A stretch of DNA of 64,000 bases, taken from positions 4,030,001 to 4,094,000 of the forward strand of contig JAYWIR010000013.1 in assembly GCA_036172245.1 (NCBI GenBank), in the 5' to 3' direction. The DNA comes from Raillietiella orientalis. Lineage: Eukaryota. The notes beneath the pieces are model-generated. The model made no database searches, was not told where the DNA came from, and saw nothing but the letters and a program-made list of their open reading frames with translations. This document shows positions 23,001 to 38,000 of the stretch, in pieces; position 1 is the first letter of the stretch, and the number at the start of each line of letters is the position of its first letter. Position numbers and translations under genes: made by a program.

Positions 23001-26000
23001 GGGGGTCGCCCAGCGCTGCCGGACCGAGGGCGGAAGGGTTTTGACCCGATCACGCCGGGACTCCCACTGGAACTCATGGGCAGGAGGAATGCTGGAGCCG
23101 CAGTTCGCGGGGCTCCGTCCGCTGCCCGTGGGGAGGGTCGCGCAGGTCCTGCTATGGTATTGTGACTGTCTGGAGCGGAGGAACTAATTCTCAACGCTAA
23201 TATCCAACCATCTTAGCTTCTGCGTGATCCCAAGGGCCACCGTAAAGCTACGAAGACTTGTCGGTGGCACTTCTAATACAATGATTCCATTTTTCCACGT
23301 TTGTTTTCATTACGCATGCAAAGAGGAGATTCCCTCCCGAAAGAAGTCGCCTCCTTTATCGCGCTCTCGCAGCATCAACGCAGACGGATTTTAGGGATTC
23401 TTTCCGCGTTTCTCGAAGCCGTACGGGCGGCTTTCAAGGGTCTTCAGCGAAAGAAGCGAAGTTCCCTGTTGCATTCAGCAGCCGCAGCTCGACCGACAGC
23501 CCAACGGCCCTCTTCAAAGCGACTGGCAAAAGGAAAGCTGCGGTTCCAGCAAAAGGACGTTACGAAAGGGAAATTTGGCAATTAACCCTTTGAGGGTGCG
23601 GAGCTCACGGGGTGTCCAAACCGCCCTGCGCTCTTGCCTGCAGGCGGGTCGCAGCCGAGGTCCCTGCGCGTGCCGCCTGCTCCACCGAGGAGCCGAACGA
23701 CTTTATACAGCGCTGATCAGAGTTGCCACTGCCATTGCTTGTTTGCACCACATCATTAATGAAATATTTCCATTTTCCCCAAACATATGGAATCACAATT
23801 GGAATAAATCGATGATGCGCTCACATTTTTGAAAAAAACAACGTGATAAATTCCATGGAGCACCGGGAAAAACCGATACAAATGAAATTTTGTTTACTGC
23901 CGTTGCCGAGGGAACGATGAGAACGTGCGTGTGCGCGTCCATCCTGAACACGGGTAGTGTTGGCTTTTGTCGCGTGTATAAGGTAGAGAAAAAAAAAAAA
24001 AAAAACACTTGCCAGGCGGACGTATGCTCGTCCATAGCACTCAGGGAGTTGAATCGGAAGCAGCGAAACTCTTTCCAGATGCAACCAAAGTGCGCTTCAC
24101 CAAACACATCAGCACGGAGATGGAGCAAACCATCTCGTGGCGTCTCGCCTCACGGCAAGCATCTCAGAATCCCATTAGATCACTTAGGAAGGCGATGCCG
24201 GAAAAAAATATAGCCCCACGAAGCTGCGAGGAATGATTTCCTGGAATTCCTGCGGCTCCCCTCGGAAAATGCCTTCTGGAGCCCTTCGGCCCTCGTGATT
24301 ATTACTGCTTGCGTATGCAATCACCTTTGACAAATTCGCGCGGTGTGACCTGGCAATGCTGACTGCAACGTGGAACGAAACCTTCCCCCCCGGTAACGAA
24401 ATTTCATCTCCACATCCTCACAGTAAAATTCAGAACTTCAGTTAAAAAACAACCGTAACTTGTCAAGTTGTGATGACGACGGTAAATTCTAGAATTATGA
24501 ATCCAATTCCTCACCTGACACCCACTTGTACTGACTTTCCGCCATGATCACGTTAACCCCAAATGCACCCCCTCGAGCATTTCGCCACCTCCAGTCGGCC
24601 AAACACCGAATGGTCATCATGAATCCCATCTCCTCTCCATCCGACCCCTTCCCTTTATCCTCGCCACGGAACATCGCCATCGCCTCTATCCTCCCACTCT
24701 TTTGCGAACACAGTGACCACACGCTGACCTTCGGCGCCCAGGTTCGTTTAGCTGGGCGAAATGGGCGGCCAAGAAGGTTGCATTAGAGAAATTGCCTCAT
24801 TACTCGTTCCTAATAACTAATAAAGGGTAGCCCAGGAGCACTTACGTGATTGCGAGTGATGCAACGCATGCATTTCGGTACACACTTGAAGACATCCATG
24901 GCTTGCAGCAGCACCACTTTGCACGTTGGTCAAAACGGGTCAGGGTCGAAATCCCGAACCATCAAAATCCAGAGAGACCACAAAAAACAAATGCACATAC
25001 TCATATTCACATGTATATGCGTGTGATCTGTAAACATCAGCACATATAATAAGCATTCGTACATTAATTTTTTATGATCAACAGCCTATTAATCATGTGG
25101 ATGAAACGTATGTCAGTAAATCGTGGTAAACGTATCAATACGATGCACCGTTAGTAGTTACTGTCACGTGCTGTTAGTGATATTAATAAGTATGAATGAC
25201 TATGCACGAAGACATTCGTATGTTTTTTTATGACCTTCCGGGATTTGCGATCGACGCCGAATCAAAGCATCTCGCCGGAACACCTCTGCGATCACCGTGG
25301 TACAGATACATCCGCACGGATGCTGCCGCTCTGCTGCCACGAGAAGAGCGCGATGCGAGCATGGAGATCGGTCGAGAAGTGGCGATCCTCCTCCACACTT
25401 TGCGACTGATGCTGCATCCCACCCTCAAGCAAGCATCTCGGAGAGGAGTTTCGAGTCTCCAGGACGCCGCCGACTCCCGCTCTCGATGCTTCTTTGATTC
25501 TGGGTACCCTGTGACCGCTCACCTCTTCCGGAGGAGGAGGGTCGCCTCTTCCGGAAGGCTGCCGAGTGAGGGAGCGAACCGATAGCTTCCGTATGATTTC
25601 TTTTCCGGAGATGCGGAGGGAAAAAAAAAAATTCGATCCATTTACGGTACACAGAACGGAAACTGGACAGATTGAGGAATCGCATGTACATGCGCTTTGT
25701 CTTGGCAACCGATTGCATCCCGTGGGAATGAAGGCATTCTGGACCTTCTCTTTGGAATTTGATAGTTTATAGAGCTCGGATCGTAAGTGATGGCAAATTC
25801 ACGCCTTGCGAAGCTCCAAAAAGCTCCAAAGGAATGGAAGCATAATTAACGGTTACAACCTCGCGCTTGTACAAAATTCTAACCATTGATTGTACAACGT
25901 GTACGATTTAGATTGAATACGAGCACCGTGAGAAAGGAAGCCATCATTTCCTGCAGAGTAAATGAAGTTGCCAAGTCGTGTGGACCAGTTGGATTTATTG

Positions 26001-29000
26001 AAATAACTTGGAAGGAGTTTTTTTTTCCTTTTCCCATCAAATGCAAGTGAAAAATACTGCTTTTGTGAAAACGCCTCTTTTTTCAATTAAGGCCGAGGTC
26101 TTTGCTGCCTCGCATCCCGAAGACCGGATGCAAACTCCGGCCCTGCCTCGCGGAACTTTCTCAGAGCACTTCGCAGTTTCGCATCTCTGACGTGGGAGTG
26201 CAAAAAAGAGCTGCAACCTCTCCCGCGAACTCAGGGAGGTCCAGGAGCTGCGAAGATGACGACCCGAGCGTCTCTCAGCAGGAAAAGAAACCAACTTTCC
26301 GTGTCGTGCGATGAAGGACGCCGCTCGGTAGGGCCGTGCCATGGGGACGACCCCTTTCCAAGTTTCTTGCAAGAGAGCTGAAAATTGTTCTTATGCTCAC
26401 CATCACGGATGCTGCAAGTGCTCCTGGTGATTTGGGAATCGCCTGGGAGAGCCAATTCCACGCCCGGCTTGCTGCAGGGACACCGGGATTGCTGGTGGCT
26501 GCTTCCACGGGAGCAAAGGCGGCGCTATTGGCAGATCCCGGCAGTTGCTCTGGTAGATGTCTATGTGGAATATGTGGTTCAGCTTGCAATGCAGCCCACG
26601 AACATTCAAAAATTCAGCATCTGCTTTCACTTCTGCTGATGAGGCGCGCCGAGTCTTCTCGGAATAGCTCAGGAAGGTGTGGATCGACGCTCGTCTGCGT
26701 GGTCGTACACATCCCTGCTGTGCCACGTGTCCGCGACCTCTGTTCCCATTTCGTCTCCGGACTTCCCTTTGGGGTACCGTGTTTGGAAACCAAGCGAAAT
26801 CGAGGTCTCTGCCAGGTCGCCGGTGAGTCCCCATTAGAAAATTTCCCCTTTTCGAGCACAGCCGCAAATTCGGGATCGCAGATGCCGCGCTGTCAACTTG
26901 CCGTGGTCCGTTCCGGGACCACGCGCTCCGTTCCCACGCTTGGCATCAACGGATCTCACAAAGACGAGGGTTTTTCACCTTCAGGCTGCCGTCGAAAGGC
27001 GTGTTCTGCAATCTCGTGACACCGCGTCCGTGCACCTTCAATCCGTGTTGTGTGTGCTCCGGAATAGCTTGCCGGATCCGAGAAACATTCCTTCGAAATG
27101 CTTTGCTTGGACCTGACCTCTGCAGCCGAGAAACGTAATGACTTTCCAAAATCAGCTGAGCATAGCTAAAGTCAGCTTGAGACTCGAAAAGAAGGGAAGA
27201 AAACGACTCCGTCTGAGCCTCAGGGCTGGTAAAATAAGCCGTCCACAATCGATAGATGAACGACGACAAGTGGACCGACTGGCATTACTTCCCATCCCTC
27301 CCAACCTAATTAGGGCGGCGCTTCCCCAGCCTCGCCCCGCGGAGCATTGGTGTCCCGCGGAAAGTCAGTAAGTGTTTCGTGAAAAATTGGCAAACTGAAT
27401 CTGTTCTGATAGATGCTGCGGCAGGGCGGAACACATCTGCAGCTCTGGCGCGCCTTGCGTGCCAACAGCTTTCCAATGCTGTGCGCCTGAGATCCAAAGG
27501 ATTGGTCATTCAAAGACCTCAGAAACATTGAGGTCATCAAGAACGTCATTTTACCATATACACCTGCTTGATTGATTTATTATTGATATCCGCCTACCCT
27601 ATAAAGTAACCAACGTATTCCGTTCAAGGTATCTCTGGATTTGTGAAGTGTTGTCCCATCTTTGGGAAAGTTCGGATCAAAGAATCACACCTTGGTCATC
27701 TGCGTCGAAGAGGAGAACCGCTTCGACGGAAGTTCTTTGCTCTTTTATGCTGTTCCCATAGCAGAAGATTGTCTTTCTTCCTTTCTTTCTAAGGCAGTCC
27801 GACTGGCGAACTACCCGTTTTCAAACGAAATGTCCACTTGACATCTGAAACACGATTCAGTGTTCAAGAGGTCTCCAAGCGCCAAACTTTGTGATTGCCA
27901 TCATCGCTCTCTCAGCTCCGCAAACGACTGGCAGCCACGCGTTGGTCAGTGTGGACTGTGGAAAGGATGCTGTACTGCCCCAGCGCCGATTTTTTCTTTT
28001 TAATCTAGATATAGAAAATCACGGAAGCACATTGGCCGTTTAGAACGGGTGCGAATTCGGGATGTACCTTTCTTTAGAGCCCAGCTGATATGACGTAGGA
28101 AAATGGAGTGCTGTTTGCAGGCACCTCCAAACCCGGTCATCACCGCTTTTGCAGCTGGAGGTTTCGATAGAAGTTCACTTTCTACACCATCCCGTCCGTT
28201 CCCTTGATCATCAGTCATCATTATTTCGGAGTCTTTGGACCATCGCAATCGTTTCCTTCCGGAGTAGAGGGGGTGCTTTTCAAAGAGCGCCCCACCCTTG
28301 CAGCACACCCCTGAGTGGCTCGGTCTGCGAAAGCAGCCAAGTCGGCATCGGTCACGGAGGACGGATGCTGAGCTGTCATCTCAACGTTGCTTAAATAAGG
28401 AAGCGTTGCTAATTCAGGCAGAAACACAAGATTGCCATTTTCTCATCCTCACTTGTTGAGTAGGCGAACGATTCCATTGCGCATCGTCCACATTTGACTC
28501 GTGCCCTCGCATTTATCCCATGCTTCTATTTTCATACACAAATGAGATGCTGCACAAGAAGCTCTTCTAATCAGGAACCCATGGGCGGGAAATTAGGAAC
28601 AAGTTTCCAGCCTGATTAAAGGGAGAATTTTTGCAGGCGCAAATCGCCGAGGATGCCAGCTGAATTTTGCACGCATTCCCAGCAAAAAAGTGCTAAGGTA
28701 TTCACTGGTAGGAAAAGAAGGATGTGACATCCGTTTCCATCGTAACCGCATTCACTTCGACGCGTATCTTAATTGCCATTACCAGTTTATGGAATGAATG
28801 GAGCCGTCTTTAGAAGTGCCCGTGGAGTGGAGAGCTGTCTGGTGGTTGGCTAAAGTTACGTGGAAGACCTGCTAACTGGACTTGAGAAAGAATGTGGGAT
28901 CGCTCGCTTCTGATATCCCTCTTTCCCCCTTCTTCCAGGATACCGTACAGCTAGAAAACGTGGATGCAGCGCAATCATTGACCATCTTCGAAGAGGACGC

Positions 29001-32000
29001 GGCAGCCCTCAAAAAAACATCAGGCAAAATCCAATAAATCCAACTTTCCCGTCGCAATCCAAGTCACGCCGGCTGGAACGAGGGCATTCCCGGAGGAAGA
29101 ATCACTTCCTCGGGATGTGGGTTCGCGATCCCAGCGCCAGGCCTCTCGTTTCCTTTTCGGCTACGAAACGCCGTTCCGCGTGTACAGAAGGAAAGAGAAC
29201 AAAAAAACGTACCGAATGCTCCCAGCGTCGCGATTGCCTGATTTCGGGGACGCTTTCTAATTTCGCTTGCAGCTTGCTGGCTCACCTCCGACTTGTTCCC
29301 GGAACCCGAGCGCCTCTCTCCCTCCCGACTCGCCATTTCAGAGATGGCTGCACTTTGGTGTCGTTAGCGGGTGCACCTCTCCGCTAACTGATGAGCTCAT
29401 TAAACAAAGCACTACAAGAAAATGCTGCGGCACTCAATTACATTGATGGTTTTACTCGCACCACACGGAGGCTCGGAAGGTTCCTCGCCGTGGATTCCAA
29501 TTTCTCGCTCTTCCTTGATCCAAAGGGCAATCTTCGCATGACCATTCCCCGGGATCCTTGAAGAATACTTGGAGGCGATGAGAAGAGGCAGCGGAGTTCT
29601 GGAAAGTGGCTTTTTCCGCAGCACGAGAAGGAACGAGCGAGACAAAAAGGCAAGAAGCATGAATTGCGTCCTCATATCTCGAGTACCGATCTGCAGGAAT
29701 TTCGTCGCTGACGCCGGCGATGTCTCATCTTCCTGTTCTTCATCAGCAGGCTGCAGCACTGAGCGTTTTATTCACGGACAACCCGGCGAAGACCCATTGG
29801 AGCCCTCTATTTGAACCCGGAAACCACGTCTCGGATATCTCTGTCCTGCCCGGGAGCAACGCTGCCACCCCCAGGATCTCGTGGCAACGGGCTCACCCTG
29901 ATGAATGAAGCTCCTCATCCCAGACACCGATTTCAGCCTCGTAGATGCCCGAAATACCTCACTCAGAGGTTCCTCCTCTGCTCAGCTCCACCTCGGGTTC
30001 CGATTCCTCTTAGAGACCAAACATGCAGACGAGCATTTGGGGCTCTTGAAGACAAGTAGCGAGTCAGACCGGTCTGCTCTTTGGAAATCAGCTACCGGCT
30101 GTCACTGATTCTATCGGCTGCCAAATGAAACGAGATGTGACCATCGAATCTGCGAAGCAGATTCTTCGCATATCCGACGCCAGAGGGCGTTTCGACCAAT
30201 GCGGAAAGTCGTCCGCTGTGAAAGCCGACCTTTTCCGTGGAGTTCGCTTCGAGCGAGTGTCCTTTCCTGTTCTGCCAAATGCTGGCTTTCATCCCACCGA
30301 TGCCCAGCTTCACAGAGCATTCGGCAGGGTTCGTGGGGGGTGATCACGGTCCTACTCGGCCGTCCCGCAAGCTCCCTTCCAGCAAAGAGTAGCCAATGCG
30401 GAAAGGCCCATCCTGTAAGATAGCATTCCCATCCAAGGCAGCATTCAGAAAATAGGGAACTTTCGGAAGATCCCGCCGAAACGACCCAAGATGATCCGCT
30501 CGCACCGTTGCTGAGCAAATGCACCTCCTGGAGAAGGATGCAAGAACCTGGAACGAGAGGAGCCAACATGGGGGTGGTAGCAGATCTCTTCAAAAATCAA
30601 GCTCCTGGTAAAAAATCCTTCGCGCCATGAAATATGATTGCAAGGCAAACGGCAAAAAATCAGAGCAGACAAAGAAATTCCTTAGAGGACAATGTGGCGA
30701 CCAGCTTCTCCAGACTGCAGTCCACTTCCTGTCCAGGTTCGCCAAGCGTGTGGGCTGTACAGATAGCATCCAGGTCCTCCAGGATCCTTTGCCGTAAATG
30801 GAATCGGTCTTAGAAATCGCCCAACTGGAGGTCATCCGTGCTGACGTGACCGACATGCTTCCTAATCTCTCAGCCAACCCTGCCATGCTAAAATTCCCAT
30901 CACCAGCATCTCCGCTACATGCGAATTTCTTCCCATCGTGGGAATCTTCTTGGTTTCCATGCCCACAAGTTTCCTTGTCGGCATGCAGAGGTGGAATTCC
31001 CACCCTTTCTGATGCCCATCGAATGTTTTGACTAGGATCAGGTGTCTATCTTGAGCACCATCTTGAAAATGGAAACATGGATGATCCTTTGAGCCAATTT
31101 GGAAAGCGCCCAGTCTCCTGGAACGGAATTTGTTGCTTCCCGTTTTTGACTTGGGAAACTCTGATCCTCTATTACCGACATCTCTCCCAAGTGTCTCGTT
31201 TCCTCTTCGATTGGAGAGCACGCGGCCGCTAAGCTCAAAGCAAAAGCAAAAAGCGGCATCACGACGTGCCCAAAGGGAAGGCTCATCTCATCTGCATCAA
31301 ATTTCCGGCGAATCCAACTCGCAGTGGGTACCACTGGGTCCAGACATTCATTCTCTTGCGTTCCGCGTGTGAGGAACCAGGGCCCAGAGTCCTATGGTCA
31401 GCGTCACTCTTCACCGATTTGGCCAAAGGGGGTCGGCAGCCCTCGAAGCGGTTCCCAGCTGGGAAAACGGGAAGAACTCCGAAATCCCTTCCTCACGCAC
31501 TCAAAGTAATCCTTGCTGATTCAGTCATTGATTTTCTGCTGATCCGAAATGATGTGCAGTGGAATTTTCGAGTGAATCCTCCCACGGAATCCGCCAATAA
31601 AGGAGTCACGGGTTCCACCTTCATCTGGAAGCGAGCCTGTTAATTCTCCTTACGTTCCCCATGTGGCCTTCGTCCAGGCTTCCATCTCTTTTATAGGTAC
31701 AGGATAGGCAAACCCATACTTGAATAAATAGGATCTTTAGTAAATAAGATATTTACTACAAGTTTAAGAGCTCCCTCTTGTGCGCTGACTTTCGGTATTC
31801 CGGTGCTAGGCCGGGAGCAGAGGTGAACGCTGGATCTGATGAAATGGCCAGAATTTTTCCACGAGCGGTTCGAGAAGGCGCCCAACAGCTTCCAGTTGCG
31901 GGTGGCTTCGGTGAGGTCGAGTGGATTGCATCCACAACAGCATTTACGATGCGTCCCGCGGCAACCGCGAAGCCACGAAAATAGGTGCCTTGCGAATCGC

Positions 32001-35000
32001 GATGACAGCACTTTGGGGCTCAGCCCCATTCACTCGCAAGATGGAGATTCCCAGCAGTATGAGACTTCAAGCTGCTCATGGAGATAAAGAACAGGAACGC
32101 AGTGACTGCTGATTCTTCGGAGGCAGTAAACCCTCTTCGCACTGTGAGAGAAGCAACTTGATGACTCAGGATGCGACGGTGATAATGCTATCGGTTGACC
32201 GGGAACGCTGTGCTGCATCTTTTGCCAGCATCTCAGGTACTCATTTTTACCATGCAGGAATCAGAACTCCATGTCAGATGCACCGCTGCAAAGTCGGGTC
32301 GTCCATTCCTGGAAGAACAGGTCTTTCCGGAAGTGGGAGAACTTCGCTTCCTGGTTCGCATCCAGCTGAATGCGTGGTTTAAGCTCTTCCCTATTGATTG
32401 CGTGCTTATTTCTTTTTTTTTAAAATCTTGTCTAGCTGGAAGAAGTGTGGCGTAGTCCCCTCTCCACACAGTCAGCATGATGATGAGTGACAGCTCCCCC
32501 CGATGGTGCCACCCCCATCCGTTCTGATTTTAAGGAAGCATTTCCGTGGAGGTGCGGATGCAACTTCGGTTTCGCATGAGCCTGCAAGCTATCCATTCAC
32601 TAATCTTCATCATCATTCGAGAGCGTGCACTCCGCTTGTAGGGATGCCGCTAAGTTGAGCACTATGTAAGCTACCGCTAGCCCCATTCCTGCAGACCCAT
32701 TCGTGCGGATTCCGGAAGCGCCGGAGGCGAGGAGCAGACTGAGAAAATAGGTCCGCCTTAACGGAAGGGGACTTGCGATCATCGTCAGCACTTCGCAGGA
32801 AAGGCTTTCATTTTCAGAGTTCGAAAGCACCGAATGATGTGCCCTACTGCCGAATAGGTGCTCACTCTTGCGGAGCTGCACATTCCATGGGAAGCGCGCA
32901 GATAGGCGAAACGAAGCGAAGACCCAAGAAAGAGGGGGGCATGTGGTTTCCCTCTCGCACCCCTGTTTGCGGGCAGGGGTATTCCTGGACCGCAGGTTTT
33001 GCTTCTCCGTCCGAGCACACTTTGGGAGAGTCGGGTGCTTCGTCCTCTTCCTCCAAGCCTCGGTTTTCTTTTGCCTTTTTTCTTAACCGGATGCGTGCGT
33101 GCGTGTCGGGATAAACGAATGCATATCCGGTACGGTGGATTAACTCGTTTTTTTTTAATCCACCGGACTTCGCCACCAATTCATTCTCGATTTTGATGGA
33201 TAACCTTCTTCCGATGATGCGAAATTTGATTTTTAATTGAACAGCAGGTGGACTGATCGCTGGAAGAACGCGGGAAGCCGTGGCAGCAAAGAGTGTTCCA
33301 GCAAAGAGTTGGGTCATCGGTTTCGGAGACAGAAAGTGGTTCCTGAAAAGTCTTCATGTCTCAGTCTTCCGTTGTCTCAGCTGCCCGAAGGGAGTCTTTG
33401 CAACAAGGAAACGGAGAGTTCGTCGATGAAGCAGCTTCAAGTAAATCAAATAAATTTTCCCGAGATAAGGACCGCTGACACTGATCTTCAGGACGTTCTC
33501 TGGCGAGGTGGATCTTAGTCCCCATTCTCATTCCCATCTCCGGTTTTCCTCCGCGCGCCGCAGGCATCGGACGTGCAGACATCTCCGTAGGGAGTTCAAG
33601 AACCAGTTTGCGTTTCGGATTCGAACTTTCGTCAGCTGGGAGCCTGGAGCAAAGGAGCAATGCCTTTCTCTGTGGTGCACGGTGGCGCTGGGCAGGGAGG
33701 TCTCTCCCTCTTCAGCCTCTCTTTATCGGCTTCGCCGTGGCGAACCCGGTCCACGGATCCCCACTCCTCCCCTTCGTTTTTGTGAATCAGAGCAGATTGA
33801 TTTCCCCGTAAGACCGGGAAGGGCACAACGTACAAGACTTTTGCTCAGGGATACCATGCGCCGAGCTGGTTGTTTCTCTCTGCTTGGAGAGGCAATCCTG
33901 TTAGCTGTGAAAGTACCTTCGATATAAATCAACTTGATCTGCAAAGATCCATTTTCTCCTTGCGGTTTTGATTCCATTTCAGCATCCTCGTTTTTCCATT
34001 TTGGGGACAACCATTCTTCAGATATCTCCACACCCTTAAATCATCCAAGACACAGACCGTTTCCAAGACGACGATTAGGCAGCGCATACAACGTATTGCG
34101 CCCCCAGATAACGGAATCAAGAAATCAATAACGAAAATAAAAATAAATGAACACAGGAAGAAGAAATGAAATTAATTACTTTCTCCCATAGATACGCAAT
34201 CCATCCATCTTGTTCTACATTCCCCTGCTAATATGAACGATTCGATTACTATCCCGTGCTCCAGATGTCACTGGTTGCTCTTCAGCAGCGCCTTTTGAAA
34301 AAGAGTTCTGCTGTTTCATCTTCGAGATATGCTCCGCTGCTGCTGGACCCAAAAGCAAACTTTCGCTGCCGTCGCTGCAGAGTTCTGGAACGTTCCATAT
34401 CGCACGGACAGCGCTTTTACTTTAAGGATGCATAACCGATTCGCGTGCTTCCACGCGTGCCTCGAGGAATCGGGAGTCAGTACAGTGCTGTGTACTTGCT
34501 TTTCTGTACAAGATTTCGTTTCCGTTCTCACGTGGGTCTGTTTCCCTGATGTGCTCCTGGAGCTTCGCATCCGCCCTCGATTTTCGTCGCCATGCTTCAC
34601 TTCGTTTTGTAAGAGGCAGTCAACTGATGAGTTGCACTGCTTCATCTCAGAAGGATGGCGAACGCTTTCAGAAAACTCGGGCTTCTTTTGCATGGTCAAC
34701 CTATGCCTGGAGGCTTCCCGTCGTGGGAGGTTGCTTCAGTTTGGGCGTGATGCAGCATACGCTCCTTGCCTGCCTCACCGTGCTGCGGACTTACTCGGCT
34801 CAATCCTCAATGATTTTGATGAACTATGCTGTTCCTTGTTTTGCATCTTCTTGACCCTTTTCTCCTCGGCTGCTAGGCGATCCCTTTACCGTTATTCAAG
34901 GGACCCACGCGACACGGCGGCAGTCGAATGTGCATCTGGAGCTCCAGATGCCGATTTCAGACATGCAAAGTAAATTGCATACGGGCAATATTCTGCGTAC

Positions 35001-38000
35001 TTGAGAGACAGAAGTGATATCCATATATGAAGTAATTTATGTACACGGTGAAGAAATGTTGTGACTCAAGTTTCCGAATGAATAACACGCCCTCAGGAGA
35101 GCATATGGACCAAGGATCCACATCCCAATTTTTTCTCATGGAAACCTTTTCTTTAACTCGGTAGTGGAGGACCTTTTGCTGCTTTGCTCGCGTTTTGGCT
35201 CTTCTAGCAAAGCAGCCAACCAAATGGTCTCTTTGGCCTGCAGTAGGCGCCGGTGCTTCGCCTTGATGACCACAACGCGCTGCTTTCATTCTTCACTTGG
35301 AACACCGCTTGCTGCATGTTTCGCGCTCATAGGAAGAATGAGCGCCGAATGATCGACCACGGCGGCTTTGCATTCGTGCACTTTGCACGGCAGTCTTCCC
35401 AATGGCACTATTTGGTTTTCTCTTGAGCGTGCGGTTCGACCCCGACCCAACCCGCATCCTGGCATTTTTGACCAGCGCCCATGCTTTCCAGTTGGAATTT
35501 GAAGTGCTCTGTGCTCGGCTGGTTCCTAAGGGTCACCCTCGATGCTGGACGACCGCTCTTCCTTTCTCTGGAAAATCCTCCTACTGAAAGCACCGAAGCA
35601 TCCGCAGTAGAGAGTCCTTTGAACATGGAAACGGCGAGCTCGACTTGGGTTTCTGGCTGCCAATCACCAAGGCAAGGGAACGAAAAGTCTCGACGGATTC
35701 TGGTACTTCTGACGTTCCGTTTCAGAATCTTCAAACCACGTCCCGTGGGATGTGAAACAGACCCGCTCGAGCTGGCCATTTTCGGGACTGCATATTTCAT
35801 TTTCAGGAGGCTGCGTCGGACGCCGGACGTCACCATCTCTTTGCCCTGATCGAGGCACGCGAGCCGACGCAGATGGAAACCCGCGGAGGCTGTGCTCGAC
35901 TCCCGTGAGCGGTCCACACTAGCATCTCTCCTTGTGACTTCCCAAAGTAGCACAGCAAGCACTCTCAGCGGGCGGGAGAGCAATCGATAGTATTGGCTGC
36001 CATTCAACTCCCCTGATCTATTGCAAGCGAACAAATCTGCCTTTCGACCACATCCGACATGCCAATCGATCCCTGCGGTGGATTCCTTAACCGTCAGATG
36101 TCCCTTTTGTTCACCGGGGATCCGAGGGCAAGCGAAAGCGGGGGTTTCCTCCGGGATGCCTCGCAGGGAACTCCCCGCAAGGCATCGCGCTCGCTGCGAA
36201 GACGGTGATGCACCGATGCTGCTTCCGCGGAGGCACAAAATGGAAGCGATGTGTTTTTTTTTTTTTTTTCTCTTCCTCTCCCTCTCTTTCTCTCTCTCTC
36301 CCCTCTCCCCCCCCCCCCCAGTTCCGTGCAAGATGCCGTTTAAGCGCGTCGATAAAGTTCGAGTTGAATTTCACTTTCACCGAAACCTCCGAGCCGCATT
36401 TCATGCTCCGTGACGCGATCGCCGATCCTCCGTCGTTTCTCGGGGATACGCTATTTTTCTCCGGCTGCCTTCCCCGTCATTTTAAAGGATTGCCTTGTTT
36501 ATTATTTTGCAGCATTATTTTCGCGGTTGTCGAGGAGCGCACTGTGTGTTTCGAGGATCATTCTGCACGCGGTGCTTCCTGGCTGCTGGGAGCCGCTCAC
36601 GGGAGACTGCCTGGCAAAATTCCCCTTGCGCGGATTACAAGAGTTGGGAAATCCCCGCGAATCGGTTTGTAGGCGCCAGTCCTTCGACGATTGGGCAAGT
36701 AAATGAGTGGGGCTTTTTGGCTTAGGCACACCCAAGATACCAGGATTTCAGGGAACAGCAGGCGAGGAAGCAGGAGAACTCGGCGCTGCATTTCCTCGGT
36801 TGACGACCAGCGGACGGTGACTTACCGGAGGCACCCCTAAGCGGAACACTCTCACTGAGGACAGTCGCCAATCGAACTCGTCTTCAGCGGCTCCGAATTT
36901 TTCCCGCGACCCTCCCACGCATTTGTGTGTCTCCTGGAAGGCCAGAGGAACGAGACGAAGTGCATTTTCTTTCCCCACGCTCTCGCCTCACTCGGAATGC
37001 CGGAAGATTTCACTTTGACCATGCCAGCCCCATCAGGGACTCTCAGCGTGGAACTTTCGAGAAGACGTTTCGAATACCAAATATTTCTGAAGCCAGACTT
37101 CAGCTCCCATCAACGTGTGGAAAAGACTGTTGGGGACACGGTTAGCTCTTCAGCATACCCCCTCTGCCCATAGGAAAGCAGGAAATATAACTGATATTAA
37201 TCAAATGAAGTCTATTTGTTTTTTTCTGTCATAAAAAAAAGAAACAAAGACAAAAACGAGTTGAGCAAACAAAGGTTTTTTCTTTCTTTCCAACAACAGT
37301 CTTGGAAAACAGTTTCCTTGGTCCAGCTGCAGACCAAAAGGACGAAGACATGTGAGATGGACGGATCAAACAGCAGCAGCATCGTATCACATGACGTTAA
37401 AGTCTCCAGGCGCGGGCTGGGATCCCTTGAAAACGCTCTGACTCTGCTGTGAGGATCTACGAAAGAAAATTCGGTCCTGCATCTGTGGCATCGTCATTCT
37501 TCATCGGGCTTACACCAGAGGACCAGACATCCATGGTCGTTCTGCGCAATGCTCACGTGACCCATGCAGGACAGTCTGGTAAGGAGGCGGAGGGTCTCGC
37601 ACGTAGGGTTTGTACGGTGGATGCAGGCCGATATTATCTGGAATGCAATCGTTGATAGGTCATTCAGTCATCACCCAGATCTGCCATCGCAGGCCGATTG
37701 AAAATCCCACTGCTTCAAGCTCTTTTCCACTTTCTTACCTAGAGTGTGAAGGTACTGGGAATTCCTGTAAAGATACTGAGGATAGACATCCTGAGTCTGC
37801 ATCCTCGAAAAACTCCGGTGGCTTTCTTCCAGCTGCGGCTCCTGAATGCTCAGGTAGGACACTGCAGTGTTGGCTGATACCGAATGGGCCATGCAGCGGT
37901 CCCTTTCGCTGGAAAACCTCGCTTCGTGGAAAGAAAGATTGGATTAGACCACCGGGTTGCCACGGCGTTTCTCTGCGCTTGAAGATGTGCGTTCTGGTTT

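Noticed and set aside
30125..30343. LRR-like phrase ADLFRGVRFERV
   Set aside because: A single short echo with no repeating LxxLxLxxN pattern.
32600..32740. Ionotropic-receptor M3-like peptide AYIVLNLAASLQ on the minus strand
   Set aside because: It only loosely resembles SYTANLAAFL, has a stop codon shortly after, and has no supporting ligand-binding or other TM segments in frame.
35408..36331. 307-aa minus-strand ORF
   Set aside because: It begins in homopolymer and low-complexity tracts, is Ser/Arg-rich without a domain, and has no convincing link to the Shisa-like gene.
36826..36933. Possible next Shisa exon (acceptor CTGGCCTTCCAG, donor CCG|GTAAGT)
   Set aside because: In the required phase 1 it stops after 16 codons and has no PY motif. 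It is open through to the donor only in phase 0, so it cannot be assigned without transcript data.
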